From Callorhinchus milii (lineage: Eukaryota): a DNA stretch of 64,000 nucleotides. The notes beneath the pieces are model-generated. The model was not told where the DNA came from, searched no databases, and saw only the letters and a program-made list of their open reading frames with translations. The stretch is from NCBI RefSeq assembly GCF_018977255.1, contig NW_024704742.1, positions 63,676,001 through 63,740,000 of the forward strand, read 5' to 3'. Shown here in pieces: positions 11,545 to 23,923 of this stretch; within the stretch, counting starts at the first letter, position 1, and every line of letters begins with the position of its first letter. Made by a program: the position numbers and the translations under genes.

Positions 11545-12078
11545 GTGTGTATTTGAATATTTAAGTATTAAGTTAAGTAATGTTTAAGCGCTCCGGGTTG
11601 CTACCCCACATGAAGGGCACTATATAAATGCAGCTTCTTGATGTTGAATTCTATTATTTGCTTTAACTATATGCTTAAACAGTTCAAAATTGAGTATTCA
11701 AAAGACTATGCTAGGGCTGACTCTCAAGTCTCATAGTGACCATTACTCTAATGTTTAGCAGTTCCTTAAGTTTTTTTTAAAAAAAAGTTAAGCTTTAAGC
11801 AGTATGTGAGGCATTTAGTTTCTAACCTGCATTTTCAAATAATTATGACCACTTGGACATTAAAGCGCGCATTGCACTATTCAAACAGAGAAGGGGGTTT
11901 CTCCCAGTGTCTTGACCAAGAATCCCCCACTACCCACCACCAAAATAAAATTGGTCATTCACATCCTGGCTGTTTGTAGGATCCTGCTCACTGCACTTTA
12001 CAATGAATTCCCTTGAAGTGCCTTTTAAAAAGAAAAAAAAACTATTTTGGCTCTCATTTAATGACACTTATGTTGCAG

Positions 12079-12341
12079 TATGTTTGGAGAGACCGATGCA
12101 GATGACTTGCAGGAACTGCAGGCATCTATGGAGCGGTTGTTGCAGGAACAACCCAGTGAGGAATACAGTGAAGAAGAAGAAGAGGAAGAAGAAGAGGTGG
12201 CTTCCAACCCATCGCCTCCTCAGGAATCTGCTGACAATGCTGACAATGCTGAATTCTCTGTCAATGGAGCAGAGGGAGAAGAGGATGAAAACCCAGCAAG
12301 CAGTAGTGATCAAAGTGCAATTCATGAAGAGTGGCAATCAG
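12079..12341 (+). CDS. NEK1: NEK1 coding exon ([33 protein letters not shown]...HEEWQS)
   Basis: tgttgcAG acceptor, CAG|GT donor, phase 2/1. Matches NEK1 [25 protein letters not shown]. Confidence 0.96.
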
Positions 12342-12794
12342 GTTTTTTTTTAACTGAAACTCATCTATTGTAATTTCCTTTCCTTCCTCGATCCTTCCCT
12401 CCCTTCCTTCCCAGATGCTGTTCACACTCTTAACTACATAAGCAGAGGGAAAACTTGCCAAACAGTGCCATCAATGACAAGCTATAAGGTTTTAGCTGGT
12501 TAGACTCCAGCAGTACCCCACTATCACTATCTGACCGACTGTCAAACCAGGTCCTGAATTAATGTTACTGGAAAAAGTTGAGGTTCCTCTAGGACTTTGT
12601 CTTGACAGTCTGTCAGATAGTGGAGTCGAGGGTAGAGGCAGAAAGGTAGAGTTGGGTGTTGTCCATTTACATATGGAAGATCAGATAAGAATCTGCTCCT
12701 GATCGCTATCTAGTGATTCGTCTGGATAGAGAGGATTACTGGATTTTAACTCCCACTCCCCCTTTCCTCATGAAAAATGCATGGACATTGGATA

Positions 12795-13105
12795 GTCCTG
12801 TAGCTCAGTGGTTAGAGCACTCGCTTTGCAAGCGAGAGACCCGAGTTCAATTCCAGACAGGGCGAAACCTTGGGCAAGTTTCCTTACTCCACACGCCTAA
12901 TAATAATCCCTCCAAAACCAAAAACAATAATAAATTGGTCATTTTCAATCTACGACTGTTTGTGGGACATTGCTGTGCGCAATTGGCTGTCGTGTTCACC
13001 CACAAATATACAGTCAATTCACTTTACAGTGTGTTCTGTGAAGCGCTTTGGGACGTCCTCCCGACGTGAAAAGCGCTATATCAAATGCAAGGATTATTAT
13101 TATTA
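12795..13105 (+). mobile_element. Young full-length tRNA-Deu-L2 SINE
   Basis: Head, Deu core, CTCCC-loop tail and (TTA)n. Confidence 0.92.
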
Positions 13106-13479
13106 TAGATAATTAAAGCTAAAATGCATAGGTTTGAGCTCTTGCTTAAGTGGTTAAATAGTACAAGTGCTTCTGAGCAGTGTGGTGAGCAAAGCAACAG
13201 AATATGATGCGAGGACGTCTCAAAGTCTACAGCTGCAGATCTTACTGGAGATGTGCACTGCAACCCTCAGAAACGATTAGCACTCTGCATAAGAGCTGTG
13301 GTGAGGGGGTAAAAAACTGAAGAGAAAAAGTGCTACTTGAGTTTACAGCAGTACTTCTTAAGAGGACTGTGCTGTGGAGGTAGGTCCAGAATAAATGAGG
13401 AAGAATTTCTTGAGGTTTGTGCAACTGTTGATGTCCAAAGTGAAGAGAAGGTAAGTGTATAGTAAATAAATAAACAGCA

Positions 13480-14033
13480 TCTTGTTGGTTTAATGGAAGG
13501 GCAGGACGCAATTCAACAAACCCTTCTAATAGGTGGGAGAAACTCCCTTCTCTTATTGAATACTGCCACAGGATCTTTAACGTCCACCCGAACAGGGAGA
13601 CAAGGCCTCGGTTTAACGTCTCATCCAAAGGATGGCACACCAACAATACAACCCGCCCACCATCTCCTCCTAGTGCTGCACCAGAGTGTCAGAGCTCAAA
13701 GTCCTGACATGCTGTTTGAAACTTCAACTTTCTGATTCCAAAGAGTGAGTCCTGGTACCCAAAGGGATAATACTTAGAACTTAGCTGCATAAATTGCAGC
13801 CACAAAATATATGGGAGGGAAGAGTTATTGCAGGAAAATGAAAGATGTGCATATAATGAGAATTTAAAAAAAATTTAGTCACTCAATCCATTACTGTTGT
13901 GCGCAATTGGCTGCCTCATTTTGCCCACAAATATACAGTCAATTCACCTTACAGTATATCCTGTGAAGGGCTTCGAGACGTCTCGAAGATATGAAAAGCG
14001 CTATATCAAATGCAAGGATAATTTATTATTATA
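13480..14033. mobile_element. Old Deu-SINE (- strand, ~13480-13760) and 3' half of a younger SINE (+ strand, ~13870-14033)
   Basis: GGATCTTTAACGTCCACCCGAAC...CCTCGGTTTAACGTCTCATCC is the reverse complement of the old SINE body. The downstream block has the Deu core and tail. Confidence 0.7.
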
Positions 14034-15388
14034 AAAAAGTGTTTGGGAAGCAGTGTAAATCACTACGTTAATGAACATTCAGTCTAAACTTAAGGAATTA
14101 GCAATATATTCTGCTAGTTAAAGTGAAAGAATTAACATTGGCATTACAGAAACATTGCTGCAGACAGAAGATCGACAGGAGGTGGAGCTAAGAGAGTGTA
14201 GAATGTTTCGAACAGGTAGAACTGGTAAGTTTAGGGCAGAGAAATTACCTAACTGGTAAGAAAGGTTACTACAACAGACAAGCAGATACCACAGCAAGTA
14301 GGGAAAAGTCCCACTAAGAAACTAAAGAAAGCGCCAGCATCAGCTGACCAGGATAGGTTCTTGTTGAGGCAAGTAAGTGAGGCTGTCTAATGTGCTAAAT
14401 ATGGGAAACACAATTTTCCAGGGGTTAAGTGGACAGAGCACGAACTGCTGGAAGAGAGAGGTATGAGAACAAACCTTTTATTGGAGTTAATCCATCACAA
14501 CCTAATGGATGGAGCAAAGAAACTGGGACAGATGCTGTATTAGATTTTTATGTTTTGCAATTCACAGAACTGCTGGAATTGGGTTCCCGTGACTACTCTG
14601 TTCCATTTCATTTAGCAATGGAGGTCAAGGTGAAATATAACACATGATTGGAAAGATATAAGTGGACCCACTAAAAAAATGAATTAAGCAATGGCAGATG
14701 AACTACAAGCCTTATTACAGTATGGAAACTAATGCACATCACATGGACACTAGTACATTCTTTAGCATTAAGCTCTTCTGTAATTTTATGCATTTATTTT
14801 GGCCTGATTATGTCAGTCTTTCCAGTTAGGTTTTCAGCTGGCTGAAAAAGGACCTTTTAACACAATTTTTTGTCTAACTCATTTGTGGGAAAATTGACAT
14901 GCCTCTAGATTGAACAGTGTGAGCTGGCAAAGACATGGGTAAAAGGTTGTAGTTTACGGAAATAAAGTGCCGAAAAGATGAGGCTTTTTTTAAAGTAGAA
15001 GAAAATGGAGAAGCGATGACAAGTTGTGCACAACTAAAATGTTTGACTTTTTATTTTAAATATCGAGGTTGATATTACAGAAATGAAGCTACTCTTAATT
15101 TCCTGAGCCAACAATTCTGCTTTACTCCTAAGAGAGAGGGAGAGCAGTTTTTTTTTAAAAAGGGCTCTATGTCCACAGCATTGGTTCAGGATTTATCATT
15201 TGAGATCTGATAACTGCTGACTTCAGGAAAATCTGTCCTCGCAACTTTCTCAACTCTACTCCCAGCCTTCCTGCAATGTTTTTCTCAAAAAGGCTGTGAA
15301 ATAACCTGTAAAGTTATAGCCATTTTGTTTTTATTTGCTATTTCAATGAAGATTTTGAGACGATGACTATGTTGCATGGTCTGTGCAG

Positions 15389-15522
15389 ATGACAGTGAGG
15401 AAGATGTCGTTGGTGAAGATGTCGTTGGTGACAGTGTCTTCAGCAGATTGGAAGAACTGCGGATGACACTTGAACAAGAAATGGGCTTCGAAAGCTTCAT
15501 TGAAGCATACAACAAAATTAAG
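15389..15522 (+). CDS. NEK1: NEK1 coding exon (DDSEE...[31 protein letters not shown])
   Basis: tgtgcAG acceptor and AAG|GTTGT donor. Matches NEK1 [31 protein letters not shown]. Confidence 0.96.
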
Positions 15523-15817
15523 GTTGTGCATGTATTTACATTTTTTTTATTTTGTTGCAGCTCATCCAGCCTGTCTATATTTTTAGAAGTCTAATAGCTT
15601 AAAGAAATCTTATACATAATTCTTACCTTCTTTGAAGCTCCCTGTGGACTGTGATACTTGAAAACTCAATGATGAGACAAAATATGAATGCAGGGCAAAA
15701 GTCACATTTGCTTTGGGACAGAGTTCCAAAACATCTTTCCACTGATAAAACTATCTTTAAATATGTGTTTTTACAAATGCTAAAAGGAATTGGATTGATA
15801 TGTCACTCAGGATAAAA

Positions 15818-16230
15818 CCTTATACCTTGCATTTGATATAGCGCCTTATCACACCATCGCGTCTTGAAGCACTTCCCAGGATTTTACTGTACAATTTAGT
15901 GACTGTATTTGTCGGCAAATGTGGCAGCCAATTTGTACACAGCAATAACCTAGAAACAGCCATGAAGTGAATGACAAATTTTGGGGGGGAGATTGTTGGC
16001 CAGAAAACTGGGGGAAACTCTCAGCTCTTTTTGTGCTTTGTGATCTTTCAATATCTACCTGAAAAGGCAAAGGGGACCTTGGTTTTATGTCTTATCTGAA
16101 GGATGACACCTCCATCAATGTAGCACATTCTCAGCACTGCATTGGAGTTCAGCCTCGCCTGCGAGTTCAAATTCCCGACATGGGTCTTAAACCAATGGCC
16201 TTCTGACTCAGTTACAAGCTGAACCAGGCT
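15818..16230 (-). mobile_element. Old Deu-SINE, near full length
   Basis: Reverse tail CCTTGCATTTGATATAGCGCC, Deu core GGCAGCCAATTTGTACACAGCAA, then body and head remnants. Confidence 0.75.
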
Positions 16231-16749
16231 GACCTTTGGAATAGGATGGAGAATTTCTAGTTTCCCTCCCTCTCTCTTCCTTCCCGCTTCCTTTGAGACT
16301 TGCTTTTCCATTTTTGGGACCCTTTTCCGATACTTGGTTAGCGCACCAATCACCACCTCGATATTCTATCAGTCCAGTTAATAATATGGTGTTAAATACA
16401 ATACAACATTACAAATTTACATTAATATCGTGCCTTTCACATCGGGAGGATATGCCAGGGCACTTAACACTACCAGCTTCACCAAAACTAAAGCATTTGG
16501 CATTTGAATAACTGAAATTGGAAATTTGAGAAGCTGCAAGTGTATATTGTGTTACATTCTAGAACAGAAAATAATAATAAACACCTACCCTCTTATTGAC
16601 TATAGATCTGGTCTCACCTATTCTATGAATGTAAGGTGTCCCATTTACAGTTTTATTCAATTTCTGAGTAAAGTGAGAAATTGGCTGCCACATAGGCCTA
16701 TGACACACAGCGCTACCAATTGAGCCATGCTGACACCTAGATCTACAAG

Positions 16750-16995
16750 TACAACAACAACAAAATTACATTTGTAAAGCGCCTTTCACATCGGGAGGAC
16801 GTCCCAAGGTACTGGATAGACAGAGTTATGGACCCGAGCCGGGGAGGGTGGAGGGCAGCGGAAGAAGCAGGGAGATTGAAAGCACGATCGAAGAGGAGGG
16901 TCTTGAGATGAGCTTTGAAGATGGCAAGGGAGGGGGCGAGGCAGAGGGACTGCAGGTTGGCGTTCCAGAGGGTGGGGGCAGAGTGACTAGGCGGG
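16750..16995 (-). mobile_element. L2 3' fragment
   Basis: (CAA)n followed by GCGCCTTTCACATCGGGAGGACGTCCCAAGG and L2 3' sequence. Confidence 0.85.
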
Positions 16996-17058
16996 GGGTA
17001 GATGTATAAAAGCATAATTCTCAAGTGACAGCCCTAATTCATTTTCTTTTTGAACCAG

Positions 17059-17191
17059 GCAATACATGAAGATGAAGATGAAAACATTGACATTGGTTCT
17101 ACAATAGTGTATGGCATTCTGGGCCCTCAGTTTGAACACTTGTATCCTAAGATTCTCCATCTCGTCATGGCAGATGGAGTGTATCAAGAAG
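17059..17191 (+). CDS. NEK1: NEK1 penultimate coding exon ([44 protein letters not shown])
   Basis: Not in the ORF track; translated by hand from the tgaaccAG acceptor. Matches the NEK1 C-terminal domain and ends at a GC donor (AAG|GCAAG). Confidence 0.95.
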
Positions 17192-19114
17192 GCAAGGCTT
17201 TTTTTTCTCTTTCATTTTAGCTACGATTGGTATTTTGCTAAACATTTGTTAAACTCTTTGACAATAATTCTTGAGTATTAGAGGCTATTTAATGATCAAA
17301 ATCCAAGCGTAGATCAAAAATGGATTCAACTTCTTCATTTTACAATAAATGTAACTACAATCTGCTATTCATGCCTTTCTGTTGTGATCTAAAAGCTGTT
17401 TGCTTACATCCGCCACCCATTGCATCACATGCTGAATTGGTGGGTTATTGTATGTTTTGGAATGCTATTCTTTAACAAGGAAATGACACATTCAAAAGGA
17501 AGCTGGACCTTCACACGAGGGAAAGGGGAATGGGAGGGAGGGAGGAAGGCATGGGTGAAGACTCCTGTGGAAAATAAACATTGGCATAAACTGGTTAGGC
17601 TGTTGAGTGGTCTGCTTCTGTGCTGTATATTCTTTGTGAATCTTTCAAATGTTTTTTAAATTGTTTCCGCTCACCATGAGGTACCAAACACAGCAACATA
17701 GTCCCTCGATTAATAGAATTCTAAATTCAGAATTTATGTTTTGTATGGTGTAGAATATACCCCCAACCCCTTTTTTTTTAAAAAAACGAGCTTGTTTTCA
17801 ACGATGAGTCTGAAAGCGGTAATCAAATGACATCTGTATTTGGTGACCTAAGACCTCCTCTTTTGTTTTCTCTGAACCATATGATTCATTGTAAATGTTT
17901 CTGAGCAGCCTATTAATCTCCCTGTCAGCCTCAATTCAGTCTTTGTGTTTTGCTTTGTATTCTTCCTCTCTCTAACCTCTGGACCACTCTGTCTCGCTGA
18001 TCCTCTGTTTTTAAGTCACACCTCAATTACTACCTCTTTGAATACACCAGTAACCATCTCTCTCTCTCTTGGTTGGTGACTAACCTTGTCCCTGTTAGGC
18101 TCTCTGAAATGTTACCCTTTGTAAAAGATGCTATATAAATGCAAGTTGTTATCAATACTGCATTATTTTATTGTAAATTGACAGGCCTGAAGTGTTCTTA
18201 CCTTATCTATAATCTTATAATTTTCTACAATTTTCTTTTTTGCCAAAGAACGCTAGTTCATTTTAATTTTAAAACGGAAACATTTTCTTGCAGCTCTCGT
18301 TCTCCAGGGTAATTACTTGATGAGTAACATGATGTTAATTGCATTGCTTTTATTTGCCACAAATAGTCCCATGTCTGCTGAGTAAAAGGCAGACGTACTG
18401 TTGCAATTATTCCAATTGTATTAATGAAGCAGTGCCTGTGGAATTGCATTTTACATTAGAAATGCTGTAATTTAATCTATAATGGTGGTGATGCATCGCA
18501 GTGAATTGTTGAGGAAATTATTAACAATTTGTATGAAGAAAGGAGCAGAAGTTTCTATATTTAAATGCATGTCCTTAATTAACAGCCAAAGAACAGGAAA
18601 TGGAATGGGAAGAATAGTTGAGCGTGATTCATGGTCGCCAAGTAAATTACATCCCAGTGAGACAGTGAGCGAAATATTACTGCTTCGTGTTAAAAATTGC
18701 TGTGTGCCAATTACTGCTGCTCTGATAATTTCATCTTCTTCCAAACCAGCAAAATTAAGTAGATGTGGTGTGAGATAAGAAGCCCTTCTCCACTGTTGTC
18801 CGAAGGTGTCTTGATTTAAGATTTAAAAAAACTTAATTTACAATTACTCAAAGTTATACAGATTCCATAGTTCTGGAATTTTTCAATAACTTTATAAATT
18901 GCAATGAAGTTAACGTGATATTACACCTAATGAGTGTTTAATTCAGGGGTATATAGTCTTTGAGAATAGATCCACCCATTTTATGTTTCTTGTTCAGTGG
19001 GGCCTTAGCAGTAAGAAATTTATTGACTTTAATTATGGCATATTCATTTTGTGAAAGAATGTCATTAATCTTGTAAAAGAAGGTCTTATTTCAAAGCTTC
19101 TTTTTTTTTCACAG

Positions 19115-19128
19115 ACAATGATGAGTAA
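19115..19128 (+). CDS. NEK1: NEK1 terminal coding exon (DNDE-stop), followed by the 3' UTR
   Basis: Long T tract, then cacAG, then AC AAT GAT GAG TAA. With the G carried from the previous exon this gives the conserved end ...YQEDNDE*. Confidence 0.92.
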
Positions 19129-19726
19129 ATCCATTTCTGCTGACGCTCAGGACATACCTCCATGGAGTTTTTTTTTTTTGCATTTGAATGTGTACCATAT
19201 GTGAGATGAAATCCTGGAGAAACTCTGACTGCTATTATATATACACCAGCAAGTCCACCCTTTATAACGCTTTGTGAGGCTGAAGTTGCATTACAACATA
19301 TATGGACTGCATGGTGTGTGCTGTATGCTTTAATTTTGTCCTTTGTTTGCTGGACTATGTTCTGTTCAACTATTTGTAAAGTTTCTACAACATAGTTATG
19401 GGTATACTGTAGCTGCAGAAGAAAAGTATGCATATTTAAGAGAATGATATGACCAAAGTACGTCAAAGAGTTAGAATTGCAGTTTTAAAATGGAGAGGGT
19501 TATCCACTATATCATGGTGTCTAGTATATTTCTAACGGAGGAAATTTGCATTTACATTCTATGCGGGGGTGACCTGTTGTACAGGTATCCTTTCCACCGA
19601 TCCCACGTTTCGGGAAAACACTAACCTTAAAGTATTAAGATTGAAGATGTAACATAGATACAATTTCTTGTACAGTACTTGCAAGTACAAAATTCATACA
19701 AATGTGTTATCTTTCTAATGATTAGA

Positions 19727-19732
19727 AATAAA
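19727..19732 (+). terminator. Probable NEK1 polyadenylation signal AATAAA
   Basis: AATAAA about 600 nt after the stop, followed by T-rich and GT-rich sequence. Confidence 0.6.
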
Positions 19733-21472
19733 AATTCCTTTATACTTGAAACTTTTCTTGGGGGTGTAATTTTTAGCGAGTTTCCTAAGCTTGATCTCTT
19801 GATGCTACAGTATGTGGTTTTAGCTAGTTAAATTCCAGTCGTACCCCAACACACACTCCGGGGTCCCCAGGTATTGACTCTTGACAACATGTGCCTAATA
19901 CTCTCCAGAATTAGGTAAGCAGAGAGAGACTGCACATCCCATTCCAGATGCAAGGAAATTTCCATGTGTAGGTGGCACACATACAGTCAAACATGTTCAA
20001 GCAACCACCTCCATTCAGCAACCACCACACTGGAACAGCCTGGACAACCCAGTTCACACACCAATTAACCCTTACTCAGAGGCCACCTTTCTATAAAGCT
20101 CACTTTAGTCCAGTCTCTGAGAGATTTTGAAGACAGGTTTGATTTGTGGAACTCTTGATACGATGATGGTTTCTGCAAATTTCAGATATTTGGCTGGCAA
20201 AAAAAAAATCAATTCTACATAAAGTTCTTTGGTCAAAACATGCCGGTTGACGACGCCACTTCAGTCAATAACTATTATTTTACTTTGGTCACCATGACGG
20301 TTGGCCCAGTTGAAGCCAGTAATCCAGTGTTGAACATTTGTTTACCAAATCTTACCACTAGATGGCCACCAATTTTTTGCGCTGTCCTTCACGTTGCATT
20401 AGTTACTTTCAGTTCATGGCCGAAAACCAACAAAGAAAAGGGTTTGTTGTGAACATTTGGAAGGATGGTATTAATCTTTCCTCTCCATGCTCTGCAGCTG
20501 AGACTCAGAGTCCAATTAGTTTTTAAAATACTTAACCCACCAGGTCAGTGAGTGAACCGAGTGGAGCCCATCGTAGATTCAGTTACTTCGAAAATATCAA
20601 CTTTGGGGCCAGATCCAATACAACTCACAGCTTTTCCATTTTCTACCATGATCATCATTTCAGAATAAAAGTTTCTTTGTATGTGGACCTGTTCCAATAA
20701 TTGGGAATGTAACCTCTGTATCCTCTTGGCATCGTACATTCATCACCAAGTCACAAGACTACAGGTTCTAAGTCTTTGGCAAAATCAAACGTGTAATACT
20801 TCCCCTTGAAATTTATCTTGAGGAACATTTTCACTCACTGTATTGAAGATCTTGTATGTGAAATTGATGAACTACCTCAATCCAGCTAATCTTAGACGCT
20901 AAAGCAGGAATTGAGGTTAAGGGTCAACTTTAATTCATTCCTCATCTTACTCACATGCTGTATTTTCAGCAGAAATCAGTTCATATTAGGATATGTAATC
21001 AGATGTGGATTATCTTAAAACTCCCAAATCTGAAGGAAGAGGATGTGTTGATCCTCATTCATTAAAAACTGGGCACTATTTTGATGAACATTTATGTTCA
21101 TTTTGTCACAGAATATTGTCGCCATCCTTTTAAACCATGTGACATTATACTCTGAACCTGTTATCCTGACATTTTACAGATCCAATTTAAAAAAAACTAT
21201 AATTACTTAAATGGGCATTAGACATTTGTTTGTTTCTGATACTAATACGTGTGCTTCCCCTGTTGCCATTTCAATATCTGTCGTAATCCTGATAATTTTT
21301 TTTATTCAGCAACCTTCAATAATGGTTGGAAATGTTTTGCAAATGTTTATTCAATTCGCTTTTAAAAGCTGTTATGAAGATTTCTTGGTCAACAATCTTT
21401 CAAATAAAATTGGTGATTCACTTCATAACTGTTTGTGGAACCATCAATTTTCGTTGGGCATTCAATGTCCCA

Positions 21473-21655
21473 ATAATAATAATAATCCTTGCATTTGATA
21501 TAGCGCCTTATCATGTCGTTGAGACGTTTCAAAGTGTTTTACAGAATATACTGTAAAATGAATTGACTATTTTGTGGGTGAAACGCAGCAGCCAATTGCG
21601 CACAGGAGTGTCCCACAAACAGTCATGGATTGAGTGACCAAATTATTTTATTTTG
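21473..21655 (-). mobile_element. 3' half of tRNA-Deu-L2 SINE
   Basis: (AAT)n CCTTGCATTTGATATAGCGCC...GCAGCCAATTGCGCACAG. Confidence 0.85.
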
Positions 21656-22039
21656 TTATCATTTCTCCATTTAAACAAAAATCCTAACTTTTGTTTTGGT
21701 GGCATTTTGGTGGCACTGGTATAATTGAGGGAAGATTACAGCAGGGTTGTACCATCATTTTTGGATATGTAAAAGGTATCAAAGAACACAATCTGGTGCA
21801 ATAGATGTTTTTAGAAAAAAATATTTTAATCCCTTTATGTGTACAATGTGTGATGCAGCATATTAATAAACCTTCCATCTGATTTAGCACATGTAATATC
21901 AAAATATCTCAAAGTGTTTCATGTATAATTCCTGTCATTGTGCTGGGTATTTGCGATGAAGCTTTCAGTATATAATTTCCGTTCATCTTAATTCATTTTA
22001 TTCTCGCTTTGGTGAACCAGGTCCATCCATCCACTTGTG

Positions 22040-22360
22040 TCAGCATGTTTCAGTTGATAGCATTATATTGTAGTCCTGTGCTGGGACTTTTGAGTTCATG
22101 GTCCAGGCTGAGACTGGGGAGTGCTGCATGATCAGAGGTGCTGTTTTTTGGATGAGATTAAGCGAAGGTCCCCTTCGGGTGAAATATTGAAGCTCCCATG
22201 AAATGAGAAGATTTCTTGGTCAACAATCTTTCAAATAAAATTGGTGATTCACTTCATAACTGTTTGTGGAACCTGTCTGTGTACTGGAGGGCTGCTGTGT
22301 TTGCTAATAAACACAGTCCCCATAGGACAGAATGTATATGTGAAGCACTTTGAGATGGTT
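22040..22360 (+). mobile_element. Old diverged Deu-SINE
   Basis: GGGAGTGCTGCATGATCAGAGGTGC...GGATGAGATTAA...CCCATG body and CTGTTTGTGG core. Confidence 0.6.
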
Positions 22361-22497
22361 TCACTGTGTCCTCTGTCCCAGTGCAACATTAAAGTTAATT
22401 TATGTGCTTTCACTCTCACATTATTAAGTCTCGCCTCACCTTCCTCAGTCCATCACAACCATTGTGGTTTCGAGCACCAAGTAGGGGCTCTGAGCTC

Positions 22498-23634
22498 GCA
22501 GGGGAGGGGCAGTGCAGGGGCTGGGGCAGGGGCAGGGGCAGTGCAGGGGCTGGGCAGGGGCAGTGCAGGGGCTGGGGCAGGGGAGGGGCAGTGCAGGGGC
22601 TGGGGCTGGGGCAGGGGCTGGGGCAGGGGAGGGGCAGTGCAGGGGCTGGGGCAGGGGAGGGCAGTGCAGGGGCTGGGGCTGGGGAGGGGCTGGGCAGGGG
22701 CTGGGGCAGGGGAGGGGCAGGGCAGGGGCTGGGGCTGGGGGAAGGGCAGTGCAGGGGCTGGGGGAAGGGCAGTGCAGGGGCTGGGGAGGGGCAGTGCAGG
22801 GGCTGGGGCTGGGGCAGGGGCAGTGCAGGGGCTGGGCAGGGCTGGGACAGGGGAGGGGCAGGGCAGGGCAGGGGCAGGAGCAGTGCAGGGGCAGGGCAGG
22901 GGCTGGGGGAGGGGCTGGGACAGGGCAGGGGCAGGAGCAGTGCAGGGGCAGGGCAGGGGTGGGGCTGGGGCAGGGCAGGGGAGGGGCAGTGCAGGGGCAG
23001 GGCAGGGCAGGGCTGGGACAGGGCAGGGCTGGGGCAGTGCAGGGGCAGGGCTGGGGCAGTGCAGGGGCAGGGCTGGGGCAGTGCAGGGCTGGGGCAGGGC
23101 AGGGGCTGGGGCAGGGCAGGGGCTGGGGCAGGGCAGGGGCTGGGGCAGGGCTGGGGCAGTGCAGGGCAGGGGCTGGGGCAGGGGCAGGGCTGGGGCAGTG
23201 CAGGGCTGGGGCAGGGCAGGGCAGGGGCTGGGGCAGGGGCAGGGCTGGGGCAGTGCAGGGCTGGGGCAGGGCAGGGCAGGGGCAGGGCAGGGGCAGTGCA
23301 GGGGCAGTGCAGGGCAGGGGCTGGGCAGGGGCAGGGCTGGGGCAGTGCAGGGCTGGGGCAGGGCAGGGGCAGGGCAGGGGCAGTGCAGGGCAGGGGCAGG
23401 GCTGGGGCAGGGCAGGGCTGGGGCTGGGGCAGGGCAGGGCAGGGCTGGGGCTGGGGCAGGGCTGGGGCAGGGGAGGGGCAGTGCAGGGGCTGGGGCAGGG
23501 CAGGGGCAGTGCAGGGGCTGAGGCAGGGCAGGGGCAGGGCAGGGGCAGGGGAGGGGCAGTGCTGGGGCAGTGCAGGGCTGGGGCAGGGCAGGGCTGGGGC
23601 AGGGCAGGGCTGGGGCAGTGCAGGGCAGGGCAGG
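22498..23634 (+). repeat. G-rich degenerate satellite of GGGCA / GGGGCT / GCAGT units
   Basis: About 1.1 kb directly visible, with G-tracts throughout on the + strand. Confidence 0.97.
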
Positions 23635-23639
23635 TGGGA

Positions 23640-23920
23640 CAGGCTCTGCTGAGGGTAACCGGCTGCCGAGTTTCAGCCACAAGCACAGGGTCGGGTCGCA
23701 GTGCGCGGCGGTCACCGCCATCACCGAGCGGGAGAGAGACGGAACCCCGCGAGCAGCGCTCAAACACCAACCGCCAACCGGCGCCGCGCGAGAGGAGACA
23801 GAGCAGCAACAGCTCAGCGCAGGCGCGGGCTCGCCGCTTGGCGCCTGCGCAGTGTGGCTGCCGGGCGGCCTGGCAACGGGTGAGTTTAGTCAGCGGCTCC
23901 TCCTCCCGCGCGCGGCCACT
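23640..23920 (+). promoter_or_regulatory. CpG-rich promoter core and candidate non-coding first exon of SH3RF1
   Basis: Densest unique-sequence CpG cluster in the window. NRF1-type motifs GCGCAGGCGC (23817-23826) and GCGCCTGCGC (23841-23850); splice donor CGG|GTGAGT at 23880. Confidence 0.7.
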
Positions 23921-23923
23921 GGA

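Noticed and set aside
14060..14720. Possible CR1 endonuclease-region remnant (similar hints near 17500, 36150-36340 and 48780-48890)
   Set aside because: Too degraded to delimit or assign without an alignment.
22498..23634. Resemblance to an immunoglobulin switch region
   Set aside because: It lacks the dense AGCT motifs and there are no Ig exons nearby.
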